From contig JAGHAC010000046.1 in NCBI GenBank assembly GCA_021161645.1, forward strand, positions 1 to 49,911: DNA of 49,911 nucleotides, given 5' to 3'. Source of the DNA: a bacterium. GTDB taxonomy: Bacteria > Patescibacteriota > Minisyncoccia > Minisyncoccales > PEYH01. The stretch's first letter is position 1. Each line of letters begins with the position of its first letter. A program made the position numbers and the translations under genes. Below, in pieces: positions 32,874-42,737 of this stretch. The notes beneath the pieces are model-generated. The model was not told where the DNA came from and ran no database searches. It saw only the letters and a program-made list of their open reading frames with translations.

Positions 32874-34619
32874 ATGAAGGTTGAAGATCAACAACTTAAG
32901 CTTTTTCTTCTAGACACAAAGCTTGTCAAAGAAGAGGATTTAAAAAAGGCAGAAGAGAAAGCAAAGAAAACAGGTAAAAAACTTGAAGATGTTTTAATTT
33001 TGGAAAAATTAATTTCTCCCGAAGACCTAATTCGTCTAAAAGCATATATTCTAGGAATTCCTTTTATCAGCTTAAAAGATGAGATTATTCCCAAAGAAAT
33101 TTTAGAAATCATTCCGGAGCCTATCGCCAGAGCTCACAATATTATTGCTTTTCGGAAAAAGGGCAGAAATCTGGAAGTGGCCATGCTTGATCCAGAGGAT
33201 CTTCAGACAATTGACTTTATAAAAAAGAAAACAAATCTGAAAATTTTACCCCGGCTTACTGACCCAGGAAGTGTCAAAAATGCTCTTGCTCAGTATAAAA
33301 AAACTCTTAGCGCAGAATTCGGCAGGATTATTCAGAAAGAGGCACAAGGTATTAAAACAATCGGAACAAAAACAGAAGAACAGGACAATTTAGAAAAAAT
33401 TGCCCAGGAGGTTCCTATAATGAAGATAGTTGACACTTTGCTTCAGCATGCAGTTTTAGATCGTGCCTCTGATATTCATATAGAGCCGACAGAGAAAGAG
33501 CTTTTAATAAGATATAGAATAGACGGAATTTTAAGAGAAGTGATGACTCTTCCTAAAAACATTGCTCCGGGTATTGTAGCAAGGATTAAGGTGCTGTCAG
33601 ATCTAAAACTGGACGAACACAGGTTGCCTCAAGACGGAAGATTTAGATTTGAAAGCGGGGGAAATAAATTTTCTGTGAGGGTATCAGTTCTCCCTGTAAT
33701 CAACGGCGAAAAAGTAGTAATGAGAATTCTTCCAGAGGAAGCAAAGGGTTATAACTTGGAAACACTGGGATTAAGAGGTAGAGACCTAGAGGAGGTTCAA
33801 ATGGCTTTGCGAAAACCTACGGGAATGATTTTGGTCACTGGTCCTACCGGCTCAGGGAAAACTACTACTTTGTATTCGATGATAGAAATTCTTAATACAC
33901 CCGAGGTGAATATTTCTACTATTGAAGACCCGGTAGAATATAGAATGCCCCGCGTTAATCAGACCCAAGTTAAACCCGAAATCGGATTGACTTTTGCAAA
34001 CGGTTTAAGATCTCTTTTAAGGCAGGACCCTGATATTATCATGGTCGGAGAGATAAGAGATAACGAGACAGCTTCTTTAGCAGTAAATGCTGCCCTTACC
34101 GGACATCTTGTTCTTTCCACTCTTCATACCAATAGCGCTGCCGGAGCAATCCCAAGATTGATAGACATGAAAGTAGAACCCTTCTTAATTGCCTCAACTC
34201 TTAATATAGTTATTGCTCAAAGGCTGGTAAGAAGGCTTTGCGAAGAAAAAGAAGAGTATTGCCTGGATAGCGCAGCTGTAAAAAGAATTGCAAAGTATTG
34301 TGATTTAGAAAGAATTAAAAAGATCTTAAAAGAAGAAGGATTGATAAAGGGGCACAATAAAACAATCCGCGATATTAAATTTTACAAACCAAAACCAACA
34401 AAAAGTTGTGAGGAGGGATACAAAGGCAGAATAGGCATCTTTGAAGTTTTGTCGGTTACGGAGACAATAAAGAAATTAATTACCCAGGAAGTGAGCGATG
34501 AAGAAATTCAAAAACAAGCATTAAAGGAGGGAATGAGAACAATGGTAGAAGATGGATTTGTAAAGGCGGCTCAGGGAATTACTTCTATAGAAGAGGTCTT
34601 AAGAGTAATAATTGAGTAA
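32874..34619 (+). CDS. pilB: Type IV pilus assembly ATPase PilB (GspE family, full length)
   Basis: It has an N-terminal GSPII-type domain, Walker A GPTGSGKTTT, EDPVEY, DPDIIMVGEIRD and LTGHLVLSTLHTN. Confidence 0.9.
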   Translation: MKVEDQQLKLFLLDTKLVKEEDLKKAEEKAKKTGKKLEDVLILEKLISPEDLIRLKAYILGIPFISLKDEIIPKEILEIIPEPIARAHNIIAFRKKGRNLEVAMLDPEDLQTIDFIKKKTNLKILPRLTDPGSVKNALAQYKKTLSAEFGRIIQKEAQGIKTIGTKTEEQDNLEKIAQEVPIMKIVDTLLQHAVLDRASDIHIEPTEKELLIRYRIDGILREVMTLPKNIAPGIVARIKVLSDLKLDEHRLPQDGRFRFESGGNKFSVRVSVLPVINGEKVVMRILPEEAKGYNLETLGLRGRDLEEVQMALRKPTGMILVTGPTGSGKTTTLYSMIEILNTPEVNISTIEDPVEYRMPRVNQTQVKPEIGLTFANGLRSLLRQDPDIIMVGEIRDNETASLAVNAALTGHLVLSTLHTNSAAGAIPRLIDMKVEPFLIASTLNIVIAQRLVRRLCEEKEEYCLDSAAVKRIAKYCDLERIKKILKEEGLIKGHNKTIRDIKFYKPKPTKSCEEGYKGRIGIFEVLSVTETIKKLITQEVSDEEIQKQALKEGMRTMVEDGFVKAAQGITSIEEVLRVIIE

Positions 34620-34621
34620 TT

Positions 34622-35824
34622 ATGGCTATTTATCGTTATTTGGCAAAAAACAAAGAAGGAGAAACGATTTCTGGAAGAAAAGAGGCGGTTAGTATAAGAG
34701 ATTTGGCTCAGAAACTTTCGAATCAAGGTTTTTTATTAATTTCAGCTTCTTTAGATAGAAAAAAGCAAGGTTTTTTAAATTTAAAGAGGGTTTCTTTAAA
34801 AGAAAAAATGATGGCTATCAGGAATTTACAAGTGATGCTTGCGGCTGGTGTTTCACTTCCAAAATCTTTAGATGTGTTAACCTCCCAGAGCAGAAACAAA
34901 TATTTTCAAAAAATCCTTCAGGAAATTAAAGAAAAAATTATTCAAGGCAACTCTTTTTCAGAAGCTCTTGCCGAATATCCAAGAGTCTTCCCCAAAATTT
35001 TCTCAAGTATGATAAAAGTAGGAGAAAAAACCGGAAGCATGCCAGATGTTTTAAATACGCTTGCCTCTCACTTGGAAAAAGATTTCAGATTGAGGTCAAA
35101 AGTGAAGGGAGCTCTAATGTATCCTATGATAGTAGTAATTGCTATGATTTTGATCGGAGTTGTGATGTTGGTTTTAGTTGTTCCAAAACTAAGTGAAGCG
35201 TTTAAGTCTTTAAACATAGAACTCCCTAAAACTACAAGATTAATAATGAATTTAGGGAATTATTTCAAGGATTATTGGTACCTGTTGTTGGCTGTTCCGC
35301 TTTTGATCGCTGGCTTTATTATTCTTCTAAAAAGAAGCCCCAAATTTAAAAATAGTTGGGATAGATTTGTTTTTAAAATACCATTTGTTTCGAGTTTAAT
35401 TAAAAAGATTAATACTGCATATAGTGCTAGGACTTTGAGCTCCCTGATTTCTGGGGGCGTATCTATCGTAGAGGCTTTACAAATTACTTCGGAGACAGTC
35501 TCCAATGAAAAATTTAGGGAGGTTTTAATAAGAGCCTCGAAAGAAGTAAAGAAAGGGGAAAAACTTTCCTCGATAATTGCTCAATTCCCAGAGGTTTATC
35601 CTCCGGTATTTGTTCAAATGCTAGAGGTGGGAGAAGAGACAGGGCAAACCTCCAAAGTTTTACTAAGATTGGCGGAATTTTTTGATGAAGAAGTAACGAG
35701 TGTAACGCAGAATTTAGCTTCTATTATTGAACCAATTCTTCTACTTGTTATTGGAGGAATTATTGCTCTGTTTGCGGTTTCAATGATAAAACCAATCTAT
35801 TCAATGATTGGCACAATGCACTAA
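34622..35824 (+). CDS. pilC: Type IV pilus platform protein PilC (GspF family)
   Basis: 400 aa with a duplicated GspF-type domain architecture and three TM helices, directly after pilB. Confidence 0.9.
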   Translation: MAIYRYLAKNKEGETISGRKEAVSIRDLAQKLSNQGFLLISASLDRKKQGFLNLKRVSLKEKMMAIRNLQVMLAAGVSLPKSLDVLTSQSRNKYFQKILQEIKEKIIQGNSFSEALAEYPRVFPKIFSSMIKVGEKTGSMPDVLNTLASHLEKDFRLRSKVKGALMYPMIVVIAMILIGVVMLVLVVPKLSEAFKSLNIELPKTTRLIMNLGNYFKDYWYLLLAVPLLIAGFIILLKRSPKFKNSWDRFVFKIPFVSSLIKKINTAYSARTLSSLISGGVSIVEALQITSETVSNEKFREVLIRASKEVKKGEKLSSIIAQFPEVYPPVFVQMLEVGEETGQTSKVLLRLAEFFDEEVTSVTQNLASIIEPILLLVIGGIIALFAVSMIKPIYSMIGTMH

Positions 35825-35835
35825 AATCTTTAAAA

Positions 35836-37170
35836 ATGTTAAATTTTTGCCGCAATCAAAAAGGAATGAGCTTGCTAGAAAGCATTATAGGAATTGGTTT
35901 GATCGGGATTGTCTTTTGGGGAGTTATAGGGATGTATATTTTGAGCGTAAAAGTAGTTGCTCAATCTAAATTAAGATCAACGGCAATTTTTCTAGCAAAT
36001 CAAAAGATTGAAGAAATCCGAAGTTTATCTTATGAAAATATAGGAACAATAGGCGGAGTACCTTCTGGATCAGTGTCTCAGGAAGAAACTAAGACTTATA
36101 ATGGCGGGGAGTTTACTATAAAAACTACTATAGTGTATGTTGATGATCCCTCTGATGGAGCATTGCCTGATGATTCTGTTCCTACGGATTATAAAAAAGC
36201 AGAAGTAAGAGTTTCGTGGGCAGGGGAAAATTCAGGAGAAGTTTTGTTTACTACAGATATTGTTCCCAATACTGTAGAAGAGAGCGTTGGGGGAGGAATT
36301 CTTTCTATTAGCGTAAAAGACGCAGATATCCAAGGTGTCTCTAATGCCGAAGTTCATATATATAATGATCAGGTGAGTCCTATTATAGACGCTAATTACT
36401 TAACTAATAGCCAAGGAAACCTAGTTCTTTTGGGTTTGCCTGAAAGCACTGAAAGTTATCAGATTACCGTTAGCAAAACGGGCTACAGTATAGATCGAAC
36501 ATACGGAGAAGATGAGGTTGCTACTCCTCTTAAGCCTCATGCAAGCGTTTTCAATAATCAGACCACAGAAATAGGCTTTGAAATAGATTTATTAGGGACA
36601 ATGAATATTAGTACTACAGGATCTGAGGAGAACGGATATCCTCCTGTTGGTAATATTCAATTCCGACTGAGAGGAGAAAAGATTATAGGTACAGATGCTT
36701 TTGGAGATCCTGTATACAAGACAGATGAAATTTTACAAACCGACAGTTCAGGTTCGCTAGAAATCGCGGATTTAGAATGGGACTCTTATGATTTTTCCAT
36801 ACTTTCGCCTGAAGGCCTTAATCTTATAGGAATAGAGTCGCCTTTGGGGACAGCTACGACACAACCTATAGATTTATTGCCCGGAGAGACAAAAGATATA
36901 CGACTTATTCTAGGGGCGCAGAATTCTTGCTTGCTAAAAGTTTACGATGCGTCTACGAACGATCCACTTTTTTCTGCCTCAGTTCGTCTTTACGACAGCA
37001 CAGAATACGACCAAACTATACCTACAAATTCCCAAGGAGAAAGCCTTTTTATACCTTTGGAAGAAGGAGACTATACTCTAGAAATTCAGATGGACGGATA
37101 TATCTCTTATACGGAAAGCTTTTATATTTCCGGAGAAGTAACAAAAGAAATTTATTTATCCCCCATATGA
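35836..37170 (+). CDS. Large pilin-like protein (prepilin-type N-terminus plus beta-sandwich/carboxypeptidase-regulatory-like repeats)
   Basis: The class III signal NQKG|MSLLESIIGIGLIGIVFWG has Glu at +5. The ~400 aa beta-rich C-terminal region includes SISVKDADIQGVSNAEVHIYN and LKVYDASTNDPLFSASVRLYD modules. Confidence 0.7.
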   Translation: MLNFCRNQKGMSLLESIIGIGLIGIVFWGVIGMYILSVKVVAQSKLRSTAIFLANQKIEEIRSLSYENIGTIGGVPSGSVSQEETKTYNGGEFTIKTTIVYVDDPSDGALPDDSVPTDYKKAEVRVSWAGENSGEVLFTTDIVPNTVEESVGGGILSISVKDADIQGVSNAEVHIYNDQVSPIIDANYLTNSQGNLVLLGLPESTESYQITVSKTGYSIDRTYGEDEVATPLKPHASVFNNQTTEIGFEIDLLGTMNISTTGSEENGYPPVGNIQFRLRGEKIIGTDAFGDPVYKTDEILQTDSSGSLEIADLEWDSYDFSILSPEGLNLIGIESPLGTATTQPIDLLPGETKDIRLILGAQNSCLLKVYDASTNDPLFSASVRLYDSTEYDQTIPTNSQGESLFIPLEEGDYTLEIQMDGYISYTESFYISGEVTKEIYLSPI

Positions 37171-37757
37171 TTAACAAGAAAACAGGAGGTTTTACCTTAA
37201 TTGAGACAGGATTGGCAATTCTAATTTTTCTCTTGGGGGTAACAACGATTTTTAGGTTGGTAGAATTTGGATATTTTGGTAAGGATTATACTTTTCAGCA
37301 AGCATTAAGTATTGAGGAGGCGCAAAGAGGTATAGAAACAATGGTTAAGGAAATCCGAGAAGCTCGGGGTGGAGAAGATGGATCTTTTTCAATTGTTCAA
37401 GCTGAAGGTTTTGAATTTTCTTTTTTCTCCGACATAGATAATGATGGAGAAACAGAGAAAATAAGATATTTTTTAGAAGGAACTGATTTTAAAAAGGGAA
37501 TTATTGAACCGCGATGTTGCCCGGTTAGTTATCCCAGCAGTTCGGAGCGAGTAATTACTTTAACTCAGTACGTAAGGAACTCTCCCCCAATATTTCGTTA
37601 TTTTGATAAAGATGGAAACGAACTTGGTCCCCCCGCTAATCTTAAAGACACTAGAAGAATGAGAGTATATCTAGTGGTTAATGTTAATCCTGCTCGCCCA
37701 CCCCAAAATTTTGTGTTAGAAACAGATGTTTTATTAAGAAACCTAAAAGAAGATTAG
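37167..37757 (+). CDS. Minor pilin-like protein (prepilin-type N-terminus)
   Basis: The ATG at 37167 overlaps the preceding TGA (ATGA). MINKKTGG|FTLIETGLAILIFLLG is a canonical G/FTLIE motif. The ORF-track start at 36927 is an artefactual upstream extension. Confidence 0.75.
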   Translation: MINKKTGGFTLIETGLAILIFLLGVTTIFRLVEFGYFGKDYTFQQALSIEEAQRGIETMVKEIREARGGEDGSFSIVQAEGFEFSFFSDIDNDGETEKIRYFLEGTDFKKGIIEPRCCPVSYPSSSERVITLTQYVRNSPPIFRYFDKDGNELGPPANLKDTRRMRVYLVVNVNPARPPQNFVLETDVLLRNLKED

Positions 37758-37761
37758 TTCT

Positions 37762-39135
37762 ATGAAAAAAGTCGGTTCTCAAAAAGGTTCTTTGGTCATT
37801 TTTGTTCTTATCTTTGGAGGAGTGTTTTTGATATCTTTTGGGGGAATATTAAGTTTCCTTTTGCTTCAATATAAGTTCTCTTTAGAAAAAGCAGCGTATG
37901 AAGAAAGCCTTCATATTGCAGAAGCAGGGATAGATTTTGCTAAATGGCATATCAATCATTGGCCCGACGATTTTTCTTTTTCAGGAACCTATAATTATAA
38001 GAACGCTTCGGGCGATACGATAGGTTATTATCAGCTATCGATAGAAGAAGAAACGGCATGCAGTCCAGGTATTAAAATTATTTCCACTGGATGGACTAAC
38101 GATTTTCCTAACAAAAAGAGATCTATTAAAATTACTTTGATGAAAACCAGTATAGCTTCTTACGCCTTTCTAAGCAATTCTAATATTTGGTTTGGAGAAA
38201 ATGAGACAGTGAAAGGACCATTTCATTCGAATGGTGGGATAAGAATGGATGGTAGTCAAAATGCTCTTTCTACTTCAGCCAAAGATACATATCTTTGTGG
38301 AGAAGAGCATGGTTGTTCTCCTCCTCAAGAGAAGCCTGGAATTTGGGGAGAGGGAGATGGGCAAGATCTGGGATTGTGGAAATTTCCAGTAAGCTCGATT
38401 GATTTTGATTCGATTTCAAACGATCTGGCTTATTTAAAAGACGAAGCCCAAACTAAAGGAATTTATCTTCCCAATCAAGGTTTGGGCTATTATCTGCACT
38501 TTAATTCGGACGGCACCATTGATGTTTATAAAATAAAAAAGCTTAAACAAAAAGTTTGGGGTTATAATGGTGATGATTGGGTATACGAAGCCAATGATTT
38601 TGACACAATTGAACTTTACACAACTTATAATTTACCATTAAACTGCGGACCTATATTTATAGAAGACAATGTTTGGATCGACGGCACAGTTAATGGTAGA
38701 GCAACAGTTGTAGCAGCCAAACTTCCCGAAACTCCGAACACAATGAAAAAAATTATAATTAATGGTAATATAGATTATGAGGGGGTAAATTCAGTTTTGG
38801 GTTTAATTGCACAAAAGGATATTATTATTCCTCTTTATGCGCCGGACGATTTAACGGTAAAAGCGGCAATGATGGCACAGAACGGAAGAATTATTAGATA
38901 TTATTATCCTTGGTGGTATGCTCCTTATAATTTAAGAAATTCTATTAGCATAGAAGGATCTATTGTTACCAATAAAATTTGGACTTTTACTTGGGTTGAT
39001 GAAGAAGAAGAGGTAATATCCGGCTACAAAAATACAGAGATGTCTTATAGGGCAAGCCTTACATATAACCCACCTCCCTATTTTCCTGCGATAGGTGATT
39101 ATAGGGTGCTAAAATGGGAAGAAATAAAAAAGTGA
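37762..39135 (+). CDS. Pilus-associated membrane-anchored protein (PilX-like N-terminus, large ectodomain)
   Basis: MKKVGSQKGSLVIFVLIFGGVFLISFG resembles PilX-type N-termini and lacks Glu5. The 430 aa extracellular part has no motif I can name. Confidence 0.55.
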   Translation: MKKVGSQKGSLVIFVLIFGGVFLISFGGILSFLLLQYKFSLEKAAYEESLHIAEAGIDFAKWHINHWPDDFSFSGTYNYKNASGDTIGYYQLSIEEETACSPGIKIISTGWTNDFPNKKRSIKITLMKTSIASYAFLSNSNIWFGENETVKGPFHSNGGIRMDGSQNALSTSAKDTYLCGEEHGCSPPQEKPGIWGEGDGQDLGLWKFPVSSIDFDSISNDLAYLKDEAQTKGIYLPNQGLGYYLHFNSDGTIDVYKIKKLKQKVWGYNGDDWVYEANDFDTIELYTTYNLPLNCGPIFIEDNVWIDGTVNGRATVVAAKLPETPNTMKKIIINGNIDYEGVNSVLGLIAQKDIIIPLYAPDDLTVKAAMMAQNGRIIRYYYPWWYAPYNLRNSISIEGSIVTNKIWTFTWVDEEEEVISGYKNTEMSYRASLTYNPPPYFPAIGDYRVLKWEEIKK

Positions 39136-39155
39136 GCATAAATTTTTAAAAGTAT

Positions 39156-40118
39156 ATGTCAAAAAAACATTTTTTTCTCATATTTTTTGGATTAACGATT
39201 CTTTTGCCATTGGTAATTTATTCTTATTTTTTGACGCCCCCTTCTGTTCAAGAAGCAAGAATTAATACCAGCATTCAATACCAAGGAGCAACAGAAGGCC
39301 AGTATTCTGACTATGTTACTCTTTCTGGGCAGCTGACAGAACAAGAAAGCGGTAATGCTTTATCGGGAAAAACAATAAAGTTTGTTTTAGGTACTCAAGA
39401 AGTAAGCGCAACAACAAATAGCCAAGGGATAGCTCAAACTACCATGAAACTTAGTCAAAATCCAGGCAATTACAATCTTTTAACTATTTTTGAGGGAGAT
39501 GATATCTATTATGGTTCCTCTGATACGATCCAATTTCAAATTAAGAAAGAAGACACTTCTATTTCTTATACAGGACCTCTTTCCGGTACAGAAGATTCTA
39601 CGATAACGTTAAGTGCTACGCTCTCAGAAATTGATGATGAAGTCGGGAATCTTTCTGGTAAGAATATCAAATTCAAACTGGGACCTCTTCAAACAAGCGC
39701 CACAACTAATTCTTCAGGGAAAGCAAGTACAACCTTAAGACTTGATGTTTCTCCCGGAACTTATACTCTTAAAACAGAATTTCTGGGAGACGGTTATTAT
39801 TTGTCTTCCAACGCTAGCCGCAACTTTACAGTTAAGGAAAAATGTGGGCATTGTGGTGGAGGCGGAGGCGGCGGAGGAGGATGTTTTATTGCCACCGCTG
39901 CTTACGGTTCCCCATTAGAACAAGATGTGGTAATTTTACGAAAATTTCGAGATGAATATTTAGAAAAAACACCAGTGGGGAGAGGGTTAGTAGATTTATA
40001 TTATAAATACAGTCCCCCAGTGGCCAAAAGAATTGCCCAAAATTCTTTTCTTAAAAAGACAACAAGAATAGCCTTAAAGCCAGCAATTCAAATCGTAAAG
40101 AAAAAATTTTTTAAGTAA
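39156..40118 (+). CDS. Surface protein: two Ig-like repeats, CGHC-G9 linker, CFIATAAYGS-type C-terminal module
   Basis: Signal/anchor FFLIFFGLTILLPLVIYSYF. Two ~95 aa repeats share LSGK.IKF.LG....SATTNS.G.A.TT..L...PG.Y.L...F.GD..Y. Then comes HCGGGGGGGGGCFIATAAYGSPLEQDVVILRKFRDEYL....G..LVDLYYKYSPPVAKRI. Confidence 0.7.
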   Translation: MSKKHFFLIFFGLTILLPLVIYSYFLTPPSVQEARINTSIQYQGATEGQYSDYVTLSGQLTEQESGNALSGKTIKFVLGTQEVSATTNSQGIAQTTMKLSQNPGNYNLLTIFEGDDIYYGSSDTIQFQIKKEDTSISYTGPLSGTEDSTITLSATLSEIDDEVGNLSGKNIKFKLGPLQTSATTNSSGKASTTLRLDVSPGTYTLKTEFLGDGYYLSSNASRNFTVKEKCGHCGGGGGGGGGCFIATAAYGSPLEQDVVILRKFRDEYLEKTPVGRGLVDLYYKYSPPVAKRIAQNSFLKKTTRIALKPAIQIVKKKFFK

Positions 40119-40119
40119 A

Positions 40120-41214
40120 ATGCTAGTTAATATATTAAATCTTAAAATAAAAAGCTTTGGGCTGGATATTTCGGACAGATCTCTAAAGATTGCCCAAATC
40201 GAAAAAAGAAGAAAAAAGAATATGCTTGTTAGTTTTGGTCGTGTTGATGTACCTCCAGGCATTATTAAAGCAGGAGAAATCAAAGAGCCAGAAAAACTTT
40301 CTCTTTTAATAAAGAAGCTAATAAGAAACGCGAAAGGAAAAAAGATATCTTTTCCTTATGTTGTTGCTTGTCTGCCGGAAGAAAAAACTTTCTCCCAAAT
40401 AATCTCTTTACCTAAGATGACAGAAGAAGAGGCAAGACAGGCAATTCGTTTTGAGGCAGAAAAATACATCCCCTATTCGGTTGAAGACGTGTATCTTGAT
40501 TGCCAGCAGGTAATAATAGAAAACCCTCAAAAAGATAAAATATATGTATTACTTGTTGCGCTACCAAAAAAAATTGTTGACAGATGTATAAAATCTTTGA
40601 AATTGGCAGATTTAAAACCCATATCGCTGGAAGTCGAATCACAGTCAACCGTCAGAGCTATTTTAGATCAAAAGAAAGACAGATTTCCTCCCTCTCTTAT
40701 TTTAGACATAGGAGCTACCCGAACAGGTTTTATGATATTTTCTGGTACTTCTTTAAGGTTTACTACTTCTATTCCTGTTTCCTCTGGAAGTCTCACAAAG
40801 TCTATAAGTAAGACTCTAAAAATTGATTTTCAAAAAGCAGAAGAGATGAAAATAAAATACGGCATTTCAAAGAGGACTAAAAAAGCACGAAAGGTTTTTG
40901 AGGCAATTATTCCTCCGCTCACCGATCTTGTAGAGCAGATTAAAAAATATATAGAGTACTATCATACAAGGGCTCAAAAAGATCCAAGTTTTGTAGATGG
41001 AATTAAAATAGAGAAGATAATTCTAACGGGGGGAGGAGCTAAAATGAAAGGTTTAAAAGAATTTTTTCAAGAAGAATTTGGCTTGCCCACATATCTAGCA
41101 GATCCTCTAATTAATGTTGAAGCTTTAAGTAACTTTCCCAAAAATCAAGCATTAGAATATGCCAATGCCATAGGATTAGCATTAAGAGCAGTGCAGGAAA
41201 ATGAATTATATTAA
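40120..41214 (+). CDS. pilM: Type IV pilus assembly protein PilM (actin-like ATPase fold)
   Basis: FGLDISDRSLKIAQI N-terminus and LTGGGAKMKGL near the C-terminus. 364 aa, followed by pilN/pilO-like genes. Confidence 0.85.
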   Translation: MLVNILNLKIKSFGLDISDRSLKIAQIEKRRKKNMLVSFGRVDVPPGIIKAGEIKEPEKLSLLIKKLIRNAKGKKISFPYVVACLPEEKTFSQIISLPKMTEEEARQAIRFEAEKYIPYSVEDVYLDCQQVIIENPQKDKIYVLLVALPKKIVDRCIKSLKLADLKPISLEVESQSTVRAILDQKKDRFPPSLILDIGATRTGFMIFSGTSLRFTTSIPVSSGSLTKSISKTLKIDFQKAEEMKIKYGISKRTKKARKVFEAIIPPLTDLVEQIKKYIEYYHTRAQKDPSFVDGIKIEKIILTGGGAKMKGLKEFFQEEFGLPTYLADPLINVEALSNFPKNQALEYANAIGLALRAVQENELY

Positions 41215-41734
41215 TTTACTTCCCAAAAGAGAATTACAACAGAGAAGCGAAGAAAAAAAACTACGTTTGATTGTGATAGTTGGGAGCATTTGTTTGTTTT
41301 TGCTGATTTTTTTTCTGCTTTTAGTTTTTGTCTTTAAGATAAAAGCCAGTAATTATTTAGAAGAAGCAAAAATAGAACTAGCAGAAAAGAAGGTAGATCT
41401 TTTTCAGGTAAATCAATTAGAGAAGAAAATTTCCAGACTGAACTCTACCTTCAAAAAGATAAACAAATTTTATCAAAGCCAAATATTTACAACAGAAATT
41501 TTTAAGACCCTGACTTTTTATTTTGAGCCCGGAATGTCAGTTCAGGGCTTTAATTTTAGTCCAGAAACAGGAAAGGGATATCTGCTAGGATACGCTAAAA
41601 GTTTAGAATCTTTAGAGAGATACAGAGACAAATTAAAAGAAAGCACCTCATTCCAAAAGGCAGAAATTGAGATTCTTGGATTTCTTAAAACCAAAGACGT
41701 GACCTTCCGTTTAGATTTTGAATATGGAAAATAG
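41201..41734 (+). CDS. pilN: PilN-like bitopic membrane protein
   Basis: MNYINLLPKRE start (INLLP signature), a single TM helix and 177 aa. Confidence 0.75.
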   Translation: MNYINLLPKRELQQRSEEKKLRLIVIVGSICLFLLIFFLLLVFVFKIKASNYLEEAKIELAEKKVDLFQVNQLEKKISRLNSTFKKINKFYQSQIFTTEIFKTLTFYFEPGMSVQGFNFSPETGKGYLLGYAKSLESLERYRDKLKESTSFQKAEIEILGFLKTKDVTFRLDFEYGK

Positions 41735-42275
41735 AACAAAAAACAATTTAATAATAACCCTTTTTACAACAATAGCGCTTATAATTATTTGGTATGCGCT
41801 AAGCCACCCTTTTTCAGAATTGAAAGCAATTATTCAAGAATATATAAAGACGAAAGCGGAGATATCTACTATTGAACAGAAAGTAAGCAATTTTCATACG
41901 CTTGAAAAAAGTTATGGCGAATATAAAGAAAATCTTGAAAAAATGGAAAAACTAGTTAATGATAATCTTTTTATTGACAGAGAGATTCCTTTGGGTTTTA
42001 CTCAGTCGTTAGAACAATGGGCTAAGCATTTAGGGCTTGAGATAGAAATTTCCCCAACGAAAATTCAAAAAACAGACACAGATTTTAGAGAATTTGTGGG
42101 TTATAAGATAAGAGTTAAGGGTAAACAATTAACACCTCTGCTTCAATTTTTAAGAAAGCTAGAGACCAGTCAATGGGTAGTTAATATTTCTACGGTTTCT
42201 TTGTCTTTAGAGCAAACAAAAAAGAACGAAACATATATTGTGGAAGATATTTTTATCAAGGTCTATGTTTTTTAG
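41718..42275 (+). CDS. pilO: PilO-like bitopic membrane protein
   Basis: One N-terminal TM helix, a coiled-coil segment and 185 aa. The call rests mainly on position after pilM-pilN. Confidence 0.55.
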   Translation: MNMENRTKNNLIITLFTTIALIIIWYALSHPFSELKAIIQEYIKTKAEISTIEQKVSNFHTLEKSYGEYKENLEKMEKLVNDNLFIDREIPLGFTQSLEQWAKHLGLEIEISPTKIQKTDTDFREFVGYKIRVKGKQLTPLLQFLRKLETSQWVVNISTVSLSLEQTKKNETYIVEDIFIKVYVF

Positions 42276-42600
42276 AAAAACAGAGAAAACTTTTTTTAGC
42301 AAACAAAAAATAAGGAAAAGTTTGGTTTGGATAATATATTGTATTGCTAGACATGATTTTTTGGTTTTTGTTCTGTTGTCTACGCTGATTACAGGTTTTA
42401 TTTGTCTTTATCTTTGGCATTATATTGAGATTGTGGAAAAAGAAAATAAATCCGTGATTGTTCCTATGGTGAAGATAAACGAAAAAGAGTATAATAAATT
42501 TTTAGAGTACTCGAGCAAACGACAAGAAGAATTCTGGAAAGCAGAACAGGAAAAATATAAAGAAGTTTTCACTCCTTTACCTTCTCAGTCTCTTGATTAA
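42265..42600 (+). CDS. Small single-TM protein ending the pilus operon
   Basis: I prefer the ATG at 42265; the ORF track uses the TTG at 42238. It has one TM helix (FLVFVLLSTLITGFICLYLW) and no recognisable motif. Confidence 0.5.
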   Translation: MFFRKTEKTFFSKQKIRKSLVWIIYCIARHDFLVFVLLSTLITGFICLYLWHYIEIVEKENKSVIVPMVKINEKEYNKFLEYSSKRQEEFWKAEQEKYKEVFTPLPSQSLD

Positions 42601-42642
42601 TGCTCGCTTTTCAAGTAGTATAAACTAATTTGAAATCTCTTT

Positions 42643-42715
42643 GCCCCCATAGCTCAACTGGATAGAGCACGGGCCTTCTAAGCCTGGGATCCAGGTTCGA
42701 GTCCTGGTGGGGGCG
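42643..42715 (+). tRNA. tRNA-Arg (anticodon TCT)
   Basis: Hand-folded cloverleaf: acceptor GCCCCCA/TGGGGGC, D arm GCTC..GAGC, anticodon stem CGGGC/GCCTG with loop CTTCTAA, T arm CCAGG-TTCGAGT-CCTGG. Confidence 0.9.
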
Positions 42716-42737
42716 CTAATCGTTTATATACATCTTT

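Noticed and set aside
36927-37166. N-terminal 80 aa extension of the 37167 pilin-like gene. Similar upstream extensions occur at 30151-30231 (holA), 24595-24624 (exonuclease) and 26281-26325.
   Set aside because: The extensions overlap the preceding genes in another frame and have arbitrary composition. Internal ATGs give canonical N-termini (GFTLIE, MIYLICG, MEKKKIIIIDG) and typical ATGA coupling.
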